DNA from: Octopus vulgaris
Lineage: Eukaryota
Assembly (NCBI GenBank): GCA_951406725.2
Contig: OX597834.1
Coordinates: 25,544,001-25,608,000 of the forward strand
Reading direction: 5' to 3'
DNA: 64,000 nt
The translations under genes and the position numbers were made by a program. The notes beneath the pieces were generated by a model. That model made no database searches, was not told the origin of the DNA, and saw only the letters and a list, made by a program, of their open reading frames with translations. Within the stretch, counting starts at the first letter, position 1. Each line of letters opens with the position of its first letter. Positions 13,728 through 27,214 of this stretch are shown one piece after another.

Positions 13728-15642
13728 CAACAAACTCCTCACCTCATGTTACCATTCTCCTAAAGTGGCATAACATTACTTCAGCAACCTCTGTCAATCC
13801 AAGTTAACACTCTACCAACAATTTACAACAGAAACACAACATTTATTTATTTATATCTCTTGCATAACTTTCTCTACCTGCATCTCTAACCTAGAATCGT
13901 AATAACAGTAATGCTAATCATTCACATAATTCACATTCTCCACAGCAGCCACCCAATCACAGAGCGCAGCTCAAACAGCGCAGCCAGACACTACAACACA
14001 CCGCAAACCAGACACCACCACCCAAAAACAACAACAACAAAATGACGCAATTCACACACAGTGAAAACAAAACAAAAATAACTCCAAAACAACACTAGAC
14101 TACACCTCCAAAAGACAATATTGCACACACCTTAAAAAGATAGAGGTTCACCTCCTAATGCAAAGAAACTGATGTCAAACTGTTGAAGAGGTAAGTTCCC
14201 TTCTCCACCCACAAACAGATTCTCCTAATACCATAATAGTGGGTGCAAAAAAGGTAACATCTTCTTATTACCTCAGTTAGAGATATTTTTTAAAGACCTA
14301 TTGCAAGGTGTGACACCCATACACAAACCAACCATAAAATAACTTTTCACCTGGCCATATCCACCAAGTTTCTCTCTCCATACAGTAAGGGCTGTGTGTG
14401 TGGGCTGGACAGAAGACAAAGAGACAAAGTAAATTAACAGTCATTTAGTTAATCATTTAAGTAATATAATTACTAATTGATACAATTGATAACAGGAAGT
14501 TTGGCCTAACATATCAGGAAAAGATGATGGGGAGTGTGCAAGAGGTCCAATGTTGTATATGGTACTAAGATTTATGGAGTATAAAAATTACAATTAGAAT
14601 TGACTCAATCTGATTGCACCCATTACTATTAGGGTCCAATATTATAGCTGCCCCAGGCAATCCTAACTTAAGATTTCCCACTTAGAGGTTGGGGTTAGGG
14701 TTAAAAAGGAAGTGGGAACTATTCATCTACAGGACACCTGTTACAACAGGAGTTTGTTTGTAGTCAATGTACTAGAGAAATAGCAGCTAAAAATCCCTCA
14801 AATCACATTGTATTGTCATGACTAGCACTTTTCATGAAAGTTGCTGGCATGGTTGTGTAGTTAAGAAGATTGCTTTGCAATCAGAAGGTTTTGAGTTCAG
14901 TCCCAGTGTGTGGCACCTGCTGAAACTGTCTTCTACTACAGCCTTAAGCTGACCAATGCCTTGTGAGTAAATTTGGTAGAGAAAAATTGTGTGGTAGCCT
15001 GTCATATGTGTGTGCATACCCTCAACCCACCCTGTACATCATAATTGGTGCTGGTTTGCTTACGTCTATGTGACTTAGTGCTTCATCAAAAGAGGTTGAT
15101 AGAATAAATATCAGACTTAAAAATAGGTATCCTTCAAGGCAATGCTCCATCATAGCTGCAGTCCAATGACTGAAACAGGACAAGAAAGTTGATGGCAACA
15201 AATTATATAACTATAAACTCAAATTCTAAGGATATTCATATGACATCCTATAATGGCTTTGCACATTTTTTTCTGTTAAGAGCGTGAAATAGTGGACAAC
15301 TTAACATATCTACTCAAGCACAATGAAATCTCAATTATATAATCCAACTCTACCAGCAACATTATTTTGTATACAAGAGAAAAAGTAAACATATTCTAAT
15401 CTCTTTTACATTACTAGAATACTACACTAACTATGAATGATGTTTTGTAATAAATTAACACTAGTAAATATGCCAACATATTATACTCTCTCTCTCATAT
15501 ATATATACAAATATATATATATATATACAAAATATATATATATATATATACTTGATAAGTGTAAGCACTTTATTATGGGTAATACTACATGTACTTTTCA
15601 TATTTTTCATAGTGTGATGTAACTCTTTAGAATAACAATGCA

Positions 15643-15735
15643 TGCAACTGAAGAGAGCTTTAAACCATCCTTTATATCTATTATACACTGATGTAAGAAT
15701 AGGTCGTTTATAAAGCTTGAAACACGTGTACCGCG
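15643..15735 (+). ncRNA. Type I hammerhead-ribozyme-like motif, probably a Penelope-like element remnant
   Basis: CUGAAGA at 15648-15654; stem II GAGCUUUA/UAAAGCUU; GAAAC at 15719-15723; palindromic stem III ACACGUGU; GUA site; stem I has two A-C mismatches. Confidence 0.6.
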
Positions 15736-17239
15736 ACATCCTTTGTGTTCTGTTTTTGATTTTATTTGATATATATATATATATAACTTTCTCTGACACA
15801 GGTTCCCTTCCTCAAATGCCCCTACCCCTCTCATAATTCCTTGTCTTGCAAGTTACTTGGTGACCCTGCCAGTGCTGGTGTCACATAAAAAGCAACCAGT
15901 CCACACTGTAAAGTGGTTAGTATTTGGAAGGGCACCCAGCTGTAAAAATCAGACCAAAACTAACCTTGCCTGTGCTAGTGCCACGTAAAAAGCACTGATC
16001 CACTCTGCAGAGTGTTTTGGTGTTTAGGAAGGGCATCTAGCTGTAAAAACGCTGCCATCTATCTGGCTAGCACCCATGAACTGTTCTACCTATGTATGCT
16101 GGAAGATCGATGTTAAATGATGATGATATATATATATATATACACATACATGAGAGAGATAAATCTCGGTTGATTTGCCAAAAGTGAAAAACTATAAGAC
16201 TCAATACAAATGTAGAGTACTGTGATATTATACATTAAGAGAGATAGATGGTCACAGCAAAAATGATTGGATTGGGGTTGACCTAGGATTAAACAAAACC
16301 ATTCACTCACAGCTTGGTTTACCAGCTGATGACCAGAAATTAGTAACTCTAAGTACTGGAAATCAGAGCCTTTCAGTTATAATGTATTGAAGTACACACA
16401 CATACGACTTTTGAGCTGACCCTTTCGATAATTTCCCCAGCCAAAAGTCACCCAAATACAGACTGACAACCAAAGATTCTCTTTAGAGGGTTACCAAAAT
16501 CATTTTGACATCCAGCCATAGAAACCAAACCAAATGACACATACAAGCTCTTAGTCCAACAGTAGGGACCAGAAAGTATAGAACACATCACCGTTTGGTT
16601 TCATTCCCTAATTCCCAGCAATGACATTCAACAATCCACCAAAATTTTTCCTCTCCCTATTTTGAACATTTAAGTTCCAATATGGCTGACAAGACATATG
16701 ATGGTTAACACCAAAATGTTGCACATAGAAACAAGCAACTTAACTAGCCAAGAATGTAGAGAAACAGACTGTGAAATTCAAGCTAACTGGTGATATCAAA
16801 ATAATCATCTGAATTTATACAGCACAGGTGTAATAGTTTCAGTTTCCAAGTAGAAACACTACTGAATTTCATTAAGAGAACTGATATTAGATTAAGAAAA
16901 TGTTCTTTGCAATTAAGAAAAGAAAATAAAGTTAAGCTAATAAGTGTTGCAAGAAAAAGGAAAGAAAGAAAACTAATACAAAATTAGTCTAAAATAAAAG
17001 CAAAAACTTTTTTGACTAGTTATAAGTGGATTTACTTAAAAAAAAGAAAAAAATTCAGATTAAGGAAAAGAAAAAAAAATTCAATAATTCTTTTTCCCCC
17101 CTTAATGTTGCAATGGAAGATTTTCAGGGGGGGGTGTGGGGGGGGGGGGTGCATGGAGGGGGGGTTAAAAATGGCACAAATCTTGACAATTCTACATTAG
17201 TGAATTGATGAGAAGATTAGTTCCTGTGTTGAAACTAAT

Positions 17240-17273
17240 TCATTCCGATTCTTCGTTTATAAAACAGCAAGTG
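17240..17273 (-). CDS. Candidate alternative terminal exon (TCCFINEESE* in phase 2; HLLFYKRRIGMN* in phase 0)
   Basis: Acceptor tctgtctttatgtattag|C; two CpGs kept in CpG-poor surroundings; followed by long U-rich, 3'UTR-like sequence. Confidence 0.25.
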
Positions 17274-17386
17274 CTAATACATAAAGACAGATACTGCATA
17301 ATTCTGCATAAGAATAAATTTTTAAGTAGCTGCTGGAAATAGCAGCTAAATCTCCCTTAAATAATACCATCCTTGATACCCTAACA

Positions 17387-17786
17387 GAGTGGTTCTCAAC
17401 CATTTTTTTTTTTTTTTTACCTATGGACCCCTTTGATTAGTATCTTATTGTAGTGGACCCAGCCAGAGCTGTTCAATGTTTAAAATGTAGTTTTATAGAT
17501 ACTTCTTTCAAAATCCTTATTTTCTTTCTCGCAAATCCATTTGCATAGGTTTGCCATAGCACTCACTGAGAGAACATGTGTCAATGGCCAGAAACCTGTC
17601 AAACTATGCAAAATGTTTGAGAAAGCAACATAGCTGCTTCTTGCAACAAATACAACTAAAGCAAAATTTTTTTCATAAACCCTTAAAATACTATTATGGA
17701 TCCCAACTTACTATTTTGCTTGCGTGGACCTCACAAAATCTTACAAGGACCACCAGGGCCACATGGACCCTGGATGAAAACCACTG
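17387..17786. mobile_element. hAT MITE, same family as 48513-48816
   Basis: TIRs gagtggttctcaacc / ggatgaaaaccactg; shared internal sequence; degenerate 8-bp TSD. Confidence 0.8.
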
Positions 17787-18299
17787 CCTTAAAAAAAAAA
17801 AAAAAAAAAAAAAACACCTTTGAACACAGATGTCTGCTGTTGTAGCTGACAACAATAACATGGTCTAACAGCCTTAGAATTGATATTTTCATCACATTAG
17901 CTCAATCCACAATGTGGTTAGAACCACGAATCTTTTTAGTTAATCACCAAAGTAGATTGTCTCACTAAGTAGGACTAGTAAGGCAAAATTAGTGAGAGAG
18001 AAGAATCATGCAACACACTTCACAGTAAAATGCTTTTACTGTAAGGGAAGAAATATTGCACACCAGCTCTCAATTTATGGCTATAGACCCAACCTACTGG
18101 TGAAACAAGGAACAAATATTGTTATATCAAGAGTAAACAGAAAAAAAACTGGCTCTGTCAGTTACGATAACATTGGGTTCCAGTTGATCTGATCAATGGA
18201 ACAGCCTGCTCGTGAAATTAACATGCAAGTGGCTGAACACTCCACAGACACACATATCCATAACATAGTTCTTGGGGAGGATAAGCATGACACAGAATG

Positions 18300-18657
18300 T
18301 TAGTTAGTTAATTTTTTGGCTCAAAAGCAAAAAGCAAGGCCATGTAGGGGGACATGGAGTTATGTACAGGGTGGTGTTCATGTAAAGAGTTCAGGCCACT
18401 TGAGGTCAGGGGAGACTTTGAACAAAGCGGTCATCGGCATCTTCACCATCTCGTCTGGCAGCTTGTTCCACGGATCCGCAACCCGGACAGAGAAAGCTCC
18501 TCTCCTTCGATTGAGATGAAATCGTCGCAGGTAGAGCTTTTCGGAATGACCCCGCAGCCGACGCTCTGGAGCAGGAGTGAAGAACAGCTCTTTCGAGAGG
18601 TTACACTTTCCACTTATGATGTTGTGAGCGAGAATGAGATCACCACGGCGGCGGCGG
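18300..18657 (-). mobile_element. CR1-clade LINE 3' end, young, inserted in a decayed SINE
   Basis: Translates RRRRGDLILAHNIISGK...RLRGHSEKL...RGAFSVRVADPWNKLPDEMV...FK, typical of a CR1 ORF2 C-terminus; (TAAC)n tail; CpG-rich. Confidence 0.88.
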
Positions 18658-20288
18658 ATGGCCCTGTGAAATACAGGTTCTACTCATTTTTTGCCAGTTG
18701 AGTGAACTGGAGCAATGTGAAACTAAAGAGTCTTGCTTGAGGACATAGCGCACTGCCAGGAATCTAACTCACAACCTTACGATCATGAGCCAAATGTCCA
18801 ACGTAATAAACAGAGTTTGAATAAGGAAATAAATAAGGTTTTAAACCTGCCCAACCCTTGTAAGTATAGAAGAGCAGCTGGGAAACAAACTGGAACAAAG
18901 ATAAGATCCAATACAGAATATTAAATAACATCAAGTCTTGCTTGATTGATCTCTTTACAGCTAGCTTCCATTACCACACACACACACACACACACTGCTA
19001 TTTGCTGTGTCCAGATTTCAGACATATAGACACAGCTATAGTTGTATAGTTAATCAGTTCCACAACACAGCATTTAGGTGTCTTCTTTTATAGACCTGGG
19101 CTGATAAAGCCTTGTGAGTGGATTTGGCATAAGAAACTGAAAATAAATTGAGTATATATACGGGTGTGTGTATGTGTGTGTTTACATACACCATCATACA
19201 GAAGCTACAGCATCCAGTGACAGTTGCTACTGGCCGTTCTCCCTTCACACCTTCAAAACCATGTAGAATGAAAGAAGCTTCACTTGAAAAACAAAGGTTA
19301 GCAACAGGAAGTGCATCCAGCTATAAGATAACACCCCAATAATAAGCATTCATTCAATCCATGAAAACACAAAGATGTGTAAAACGAGCACCAACACACT
19401 ATAATGTCACTTGACCTGCTGGAAACAGCAGCCAAATCTCTTTCAAATTATATCTTCTATATCATCTTTAAAAGAAAGGATCAATTACACTATGACGGAA
19501 AATATAACAAGATGGTCATGGTTGGAATACTTTTAGTCAGAGGTTTATCTGCTCTATCTATGAGAGCTGACTAACAGCAATAACAATAACAAATGCGTCC
19601 ACTGTCCTCATGTTTCACAGAAATACACTATCATATACCAGAGTATATGTCCTTCACATTCCCCCATTTCTTATGTTTAGTATCTATCAGACACCATTAA
19701 ATATCAACATAATGTCCTCCACATCTTGGGCCTCCCGTTTTCACAGCCACTTAATGTTACACACACACACTCATTCCATTGTATCAACATTTGTGGTACA
19801 GATTCTTCATTTAAGAATTTCCATAGAAAGCAGTAGTTTGCATCAGTTATCCTTTCTTTTATTATTTTTTTTTTAAAGAATTGTGCAGAATAGAGCAGAA
19901 ATCAATTACAGATCAAAAATCCAATAATCACAGCATCCAATCAAAAGCAATATTGCTGAAGGTGATGATGACAATAATGACAATAAAGACAAAATAAAAA
20001 ATAAAAAATACAAACAACCAGCGACATCTTCAGTAATAAAGAACAAATTTAAGAAATAGATTTGTAATATGGAGCCAATAAGAAATAAACTCCCCAACAC
20101 TTCACTGAACTGTTTACACATTAAATTATGAACTTCACCTCAAAAATCTATATTTGTAGCAGAAAGCTTTGAAATAAACCATATTTCAGAAAACAACAAA
20201 TTGTTAAACATGTCAACACATTTACTGATAATGTTCTTTATTAGAAACCCCGAACACACCAGGATGCAGATTTCTAGTGACATATTTA

Positions 20289-20373
20289 TTAAGAGTAGTA
20301 GCAGCACTGAAGACTGTGTTTTTGGATTGGCTTGAAGTACAGTCTTGGCCAATGATGGGTTAACTGCCTTCGT
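20289..20373 (-). CDS. Candidate alternative terminal exon (RRQLTHHWPRLYFKPIQKHSLQCCYYS* in phase 2)
   Basis: Moderate acceptor tataacctatatgcaattag|A; stop codon overlaps AATAAA; unique sequence. Confidence 0.22.
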
Positions 20374-20514
20374 CTAATTGCATATAGGTTATATAAATGT
20401 GTTTATGTATATGGAAATAACAACTTAAGCCATAAATTTGATCCCAGAGTTCATGAAATTTGGTAAGATTCAAACACACATACACATACACAATTAAAAA
20501 AATACACGCATACA

Positions 20515-20571
<57 letters not shown>

Positions 20572-20659
20572 ATGCATGCAATTTATCATATGGTTTATTG
20601 AAACAATGTTTAACTTGCAGCTTGAGTTTCATGCTACTGCAATCTTTATGTAATGAGTG

Positions 20660-20842
20660 TGTGCCGGTGGCATGTAAAAAGCACCCACTACACTCACGGA
20701 GTGGTTGACGTTAGGAAGGGTATCCAGCTGTAGAAACACTGCCAGATCAGACTGGAGCCTAGTGCAGCCTTCTGGCTTCCCAGATCCTGGTCGAACCATC
20801 CAACCCATGCTAGCATGGAGAACAGATGTTAAATGATGATGT
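20660..20842 (+). mobile_element. Family D short retroposon with (GAT)n tail, probably RTE-mobilised (related copies near 6150-6300, 15860-16127, 21735-21905, 53070-53215)
   Basis: aaaaagcacccactacact...ggttgacgttaggaagggtatccagc...caacccatgctagcatgga...gttaaatgatgatg. Confidence 0.75.
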
Positions 20843-21998
20843 GTGTGTGTGTGTAAAGAAAAGTTGACCTAAGCAGGACTGGAACCCAAATACAAAAGAG
20901 ACAAACACACTGATCCATATCTATAATGTTTTTGCTGATCTCCCTATATAGCAATCCTCTTTTAATACTGACCACAAGTATAAAGCTGTCTCAGACAATG
21001 AACATTAGACAGCATCTGAGAGAAACTAAATATTTTGAAGATTGTGAGAGACAAGATGAGCCTGGAGACAAATGATAAGAAAATAATAAAACAGCTTGTG
21101 TAATGACATGAAGATATTAATTAAACACATTTGTTTTTATCAATCTAATTAATAGAGTAGTGTTAACAGTCAGCTATCAAGTTAGGTGTTGGTATGGTTA
21201 GATGTAGTGTTTTGGATGGATGTCAGAAAGTTTAACATTGTGAGACTGGTACAAAGACAGTAAATGTATAAAAGTCCTTGACAAAGATTGACTGGTAAAC
21301 ACCATATCTACTTTTCACACAGCCTTATTAGAGATATTCTCAATGATAAAGCACATATTTGACAGATATCACAAATGAAATTAAATGTGCTCTTAAATAC
21401 CAAAACTTGCTATAAAATTAACTGGGACAGTTTTTAATGAAAATTATATTGAACATTATAAAGAGCAATTTAAAGAGTGAATCATCCATTATCCATATCT
21501 CTGATTGTGGAGGGAACATGTGGAGGGGGTAGACCCAAGAGGATGTGGGACAAAGTGGTGAGAAAGGATCTTCAGACACTGGGGCTCACTGAGGAACTGA
21601 CAAGGGACCAGGAGTTGTGATTTGCTGTACTTGAGAAGATGCATCAAGCTAAGTAAAATGTGGTCATCCATACATACAAGCATGTCCTTTGCAGGTGCCA
21701 CATCAAACGCACTCATGCTGGTGCTGCATAAATGCACCTGTGCCAGTGGCACACAAAGAGCACCTGGCACACTCTGAAAAGTGGTTGGCATCAGGAATGA
21801 CATCCAGCTACAGAAACCATGCCAAAACAGACAACTGAAGTCTGGACAGCTCCTGTTGAACAGTCCAATCCATGGGAAAATGCATATTAAACGATAATGA
21901 TGATTTAACGTCTGACTGCCATACTGGCATGGGTTTATTTCAAACTCAATATCAGGGGCCCTAGTGGTTATCTGGCGCAAAACAGATACATGGTTTCA

Positions 21999-22231
21999 AA
22001 GGCAGCGAGCTGGCAGAAACGTTAGCGCGCCGGGCAAAATGCTTAGCGGTATTTCGTCCGTCGTTACGTTCTGAGTTCAAATTCCGCCGAGGTCGACTTT
22101 GCCTTTCATCCTTTTGGGGTCGATAAATTAAGTACCAGTTACGCACTGGGGTCGATGTAATCGACTTAATACCTATGTCTGTCCTTGTTTGTCCCTTCTA
22201 TGTTTAGCCCCTTGTGGGTAATAAAGAAATA
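21999..22231 (+). mobile_element. SINE family C (central domain resembles the Meta domain, from memory)
   Basis: ggcagcgagctggcagaa...gagttcaaattcc...gcctttcatccttttggggtcgataaattaagtacc; flanked by ggtttca repeats. Confidence 0.88.
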
Positions 22232-22949
22232 GGTTTCAGTCCAATCAATGAGTATTACTTTTTTTTTAAGCCTGGTACTTATTCTACTAGTCTCTTTTGT
22301 CAAACTACTAATTTGCAGGGACATACACAAACTAATATTGGTTGTCAAGTGGCAGAGAGAGACAAACACAAAAACACGCAACTATATATATAATGGGATT
22401 CTTTCAGTTTCTGTCAACCAAATCCACTCACAAAGCCTTGGTTTGCCTGGAGCTATAATAAAAGACATTTGCTCAAGGTGCCGCCACTCAGAGGCCTAAT
22501 CTTGGAACTATGTGATTGTCAAGCAAACTTCTTACCATACAGCCATGCTTGTGCCTGAACAAAAATTGCCAACAATTCATTTAAAATAATGAAGTTAACT
22601 GCATAGATTATTCTAATGAATTAAAAAATATTATTTGGCAAGTCTAAAATATAGACATAGTTACTGATTGCGTATTCGTATCAGTTTGCAAGTATTTTAT
22701 CAACAATTATATGACGACAACATGAAAGATTAAAACAGAGATGTTTAAGCTGTTAGACAGCTTTTTAAATAATTGGAATAATTTTGAAAGATATAAAAAA
22801 AGCTATATTGGAAAATTAAGTAAACACAAACCAACAAAAGGGGAAAACCTTTAGGGTGACCCAACTTACTAGAAATAGCAGCTGAATAATACCCTACCAT
22901 TTAAAAACAGAAAGGACACTTTAGATAGTGTAGTGCTAGACATACTATG

Positions 22950-23177
22950 CGGCGAGCTGGCAGAACCGTTAGCACACCGGGTGAAATGCGTAGCCGTATT
23001 TCGTCTGCCGTTACATTCTGGGTTCAAATTCCGTTGAGGTCGACTTTGCCTTTCATCCTTTCGGGGTCGATAAATTAAGTACCAGTTACGCACTGGGGTC
23101 GATGTAATCGACTTAATCCATTTGTCGGTCTTGTTTGTCTCCTCTATGTTTAGCCCCTTGTGGGTAATAAAGAAACA
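22950..23177 (+). mobile_element. SINE family C, TSD catactatgc
   Basis: TSD at 22941-22950 and 23178-23187; splits a family E repeat. Confidence 0.9.
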
Positions 23178-23795
23178 CATACTATGCCTGGGAGTTAAGA
23201 AAAAAAAAAAGGATAGAAGCTAAAGGCTGGAACAAAAATCTGCTCTATCATAAATCAAACAGATTTATGAGCAAAGGTGTTCAATGAAGTCCATACTGAA
23301 GGTGATTTGAAGCTAAATAATAACAACAACAAGCTAAAGACAAAAGAGGGTTCTGGTGTCTGAATAAAAACATGTGGAGGATTCTCAATCTGGTCTGCTC
23401 ATTAACCCTTGAGATGCTCTGTGTTTCTTTCAATTAATTTTAAATGTAACAAAGAACTTAGTAAAATAACTTAGTTATCATTAAGCTAATGTTAGGAACA
23501 TAAATTGTGACTAAGGTTTGGTGGAAGATTTTAATTCAAAACTTATGAAAACAAGACATTTGTACTTCAGAGCCAGAGGCAGTTTCAGGCAGGTTGGTAT
23601 CAAAAGGGTTAAGAGGTGACATTTGCTCCATTATTCACCAAATATTCCCAAAACTCAGCACTGAAGAAGTTCAAGATAAAAAATAAAAAAAATTTTAAAA
23701 ACCCAACCTAATAAAAGACATTTTGGCAAAGTTGTTGCAGAGATATTAATGTAAAGTAGAAACAAAAGAGTTGTTCTTTTTTTCTTTTTCAAACT

Positions 23796-23865
23796 TCAAA
23801 AACAGCTTCGCAAGAATTGAGCAGTGAGGTTGTTCACCAAAGTCGTGTCGGGCATCTCTCCAAGA
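23796..23865 (-). CDS. Candidate terminal coding exon (LGEMPDTTLVNNLTAQFLRSCF*)
   Basis: Acceptor ttccattgtttatgtgctgtcag|T; GC- and CpG-rich patch in very AT-rich DNA; phase 2 matches the end of exon 28673-28727. Confidence 0.55.
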
Positions 23866-24959
23866 CTGACAGCACATAAACAATGGAACACTAACATTTC
23901 TTGACAATAGCAAGGAAACTAAAACTGTAAAAATATGTGCATAGTAGACTCAAAACATTTCACGACCATATTTCTAATGAGTATATGCTAACAGATGGTT
24001 TGAATTAATTTCTGAAACAATAAATATTTTCATCTATAAAATACTGAGTGATTCAGAAGTCTCTTCAGCAGTTAGATAATTCTGGTTTTTATATATTATT
24101 TTTTATATTCTGGTGTCTGAATAAAAACATGGAATGGTCACAAGTGGAATATCTTTGTTATTTTGTTGTGAATATTTTTAGTCATACTTATTTAGTATCC
24201 TGAGTATTTAAGAAAAATGTCAAAAGATAAGAGAATATTCTAAATTGTTCTAAAAGTGGAATATAATGGTAATCCTGGTCAATTGTCCAGCTGGCAGGTG
24301 GTCCAAGCAGTTAGCAGGTCATTAGACCAGCTATCCTGAAATTCCTGAGTGAATGTATTCAACAAGAGGACTGGGGTTAGAGGGAAGTTAATGAAAGCCA
24401 TGGTGAAGAGATGGGAGGTGTGAAGGAGCAATGTGGTGAGCAATATTAACTCTTTCGTTACTGTATTTATTTTCAGAGGCTCGGTGTTTCTTCCAATTAT
24501 TTTAAATATAACAAAGAATTTAGTAAAATAACATCGTTATAATTAAGCTAGTTTTAGGAACATAAATTGTGACTAAGGTTTGGTGGAAGATTTTAATTCA
24601 GAACTTTTGAAAACTAGGCATTTGTACTAAAGAGCCAGAGCCCAGTATTAGCCGGGTTGGTAACGAAAGGGTTAAGAAGCTCAAATGATCTCAGTTACTA
24701 AGTGATTTATGTTGGTGCTAAAGAGACTTTGAAATCACCTGGTGTATATAAACTTAAAATTCTATTTGTAAAACAAAAAGATTTTTACCTTCTGAAATCT
24801 TACATTAACCTTCTGGAATTAAATGAGATTTAGATTAAAACTTTAATATAAATTTGACTGTTTTGAGTATTTCACAACACAAAGGAGTGGTTTCAGGAAG
24901 GTTGAGATAAAAAGGGTTTTAGATTTCCACAACCACTATCTACCTATATGTATCTACAT

Positions 24960-25470
24960 GTATGTGTAAGAAAACTTGTATGATGCTCATGTATGAACAG
25001 CTATGGTAGTGAGATGTGGGCCCTAACTGCAGAGGACACGTGAAGACTAGAGTCGAAGGAATCTACTATGCTTCATTGGATGTGTATTGTCAGTGTACAT
25101 GTACTTCAGAGTGATAGGGAAAAGTTAGGCTTAAGAGAAATTAGAAGTGGTGGCAAGAGAGAAGACTATGTTGGTTCTGTGATGTGATGTGTATGGACAA
25201 GGACAGCTGCATAAAGAAGTGCTGATCACTTGAAATGGATGGAACTTGTGGAAGAGGGGACCAAGTAAGACATAGGACAAAGTTTTGAAGACATGATCTC
25301 AAGATGCTGAGCCTTATGGAGACGAGAAAGGACCAGCATGTCTGGTACCTTGCCGTGTTTGGGAAAACTTGTTCGCCACAACAGAACTCTAAAGCCTAAC
25401 TTTTCTCTTTGCACACAAGTGCTCGGAAGTACATGAACACTGGCATTGCACATCCAATAAAGCATACTAG
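24960..25470 (+). mobile_element. RTE LINE 3' fragment followed by an inverted piece of the same element
   Basis: Matches 52215-52600 (gagatgtgggccct...ggacagctgcataaagaagtg); 25385-25470 is a reverse-complement fragment. Confidence 0.75.
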
Positions 25471-25769
25471 CTATGCCCACCTCCATTCTCACTCCCACGT
25501 CAAGATTCCCCCCCCCCCCCCGCATCTCATTCCATAACACTCATTACTTCCTTATCTCTGGTATTATTCAACTACAATAATCACTGGAGAGCAGAACAGG
25601 CACATACTACATCCCCTCCCTTTCTTTACCTTCTTCTTTCTCACCACTGCCCCAGAACCACTTCCATTCCTCACTATCTTCCACCAGCCATGCTCTCTCC
25701 CCTCTGCTAAACTCAATGTTTAACACCCATTTTATCTGCTATCACGTCCATTGCTTCCACATTGGCCCC

Positions 25770-26645
25770 AGCGCTCAACTGGAACTTATTCTATCAACCC
25801 TGAAAAGATGAAAGGCAAAGTTGGCCTCAGCAGAATTCAAACTGAACATAAAGCCAGAAGAAATTCCACTAAGAATTTTGTCCAACATGTGGTTCTGCTA
25901 GCTCGCTGCCTTACTGCTAATAATAATAATAATAATCTTTACTATAGGCACAAGGCCTGAAATTTGGGGGGGAGGGGTATAGTCGATTACATCAACCCAG
26001 TACTCAACTGGTACTTATTTCAAGAGGAAAGGCAAAGTTGACCTTGGCAGAATTTGAACTCAGAAATTAAAGCCAAAAGCAACGACACAAAGCATTTGAT
26101 GAGTGCACTAATGATTGTCATATCACCGCCTTAATAATAATTATTTTGGTATGTGGAAGCACTCCGTCGTTTACGACGACGAGGGTTCCGGTTGATCCGA
26201 ATCAACGGAACAGCCTGCTCGTGAAATTAACGTGTAAGTGGCTGAGCACTCCACAGACACGTGCACCCTTAACGTAGTTCTCGGGGATATTCAGCGTGAC
26301 ACAGAGAGTGACAAGGCCGGCCCCTTGAAATACAGGTACAACAGAAACAGGAAGTAAGAGTGAGAGAAAGTTGTGGTGAAAGAGTACAGCAGGGATCACC
26401 ACCATCCCCTGCCGGAGCCTCGTGGAGCTTTTAGGTGTTTTCGCTCAATATTTTGGTATAAGGTTAGCAATTTATGGAGAGGGGATTAGTCCATTACATT
26501 AATCCCAGTACTTGACTGGTACACTATTTTAAGGATGAAAGGCAAAGTTAGCTTTGATAGTATTTGAACTCAGAATCTAATGAGTCAAAAGAAATGCCAC
26601 TATACATTTTGTCTGACACACTAATGAGTCTGTCAGCTGACCACT
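25770..26645 (-). mobile_element. Cluster of older family C-type SINEs (related copies at 1-170, 6925-7125, 9530-9720, 42066-42256, 46675-47015)
   Basis: Recurring aggcacaaggcctgaaattt...ccccagt...ggtacttattttatc...gatgaaaggcaaagt...gaatttgaactcagaa. Confidence 0.8.
26153..26448 (-). mobile_element. SINE family B, 5' truncated, 11-bp TSD
   Basis: TSD tattttggtat at 26142-26152 and 26449-26459. Confidence 0.92.
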
Positions 26646-27214
26646 TTTAATATCTTGAGGGGAGGAAACAAGACACTTTTAAAACTGACTTAGGAGAGTA
26701 TAAGATATTTATTTTTAAGACTCAGGATGGTGAGATAGAGGATATTTGTGGTGAATCTAATAACAACAGTCTAAGCCAGATGTGCAATATTTAAATTTGT
26801 AAATATCAGAGAATCATGACAACTGACCAAGAAGAACTGAAGAACTGCAAAAATAAAACATTGTATAAACTTGTGGTAGGGGCTTTGTTGGGGATGGAGG
26901 AACAGGAAGATCTAATAAAATTAGAAACATTCAAACATCTCAAAGGTGGGTTGAAATAACAGTGAAAAACCATACAACTTGTATGATTCTTATTATAGAC
27001 AAAGAACCACAGTGGAATAATTGAAGCAGTGTGTGTGTCTTGCAGTACCAAGAAGACAATAAGTAAACTTTGCACCAAGTCCCTCCTAATAAAGAATGCC
27101 AAGTCTTTAACATGCCTAGTATCTCTAACAAAACACACTGAATGATGTAGTCTAAAGTGGACTGCGATCATGGTTAGAAAAACCTTTTAATCAGGGTATT
27201 TGCCCAGTTAGGGC

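Noticed and set aside
14682-14702. TTAGGG-like run (also ccctaacc near 45020)
   Set aside because: Only two or three degenerate units; not an interstitial telomere.
17235-17273. HLLFYKRR as the USP deubiquitinase C-terminal AYLLFY motif
   Set aside because: No other USP boxes appear in the window; the match is too short to assign a family.
21489-21980. 163-aa ORF
   Set aside because: Lies antisense across decayed family D/RTE-related repeat sequence; no protein motif.
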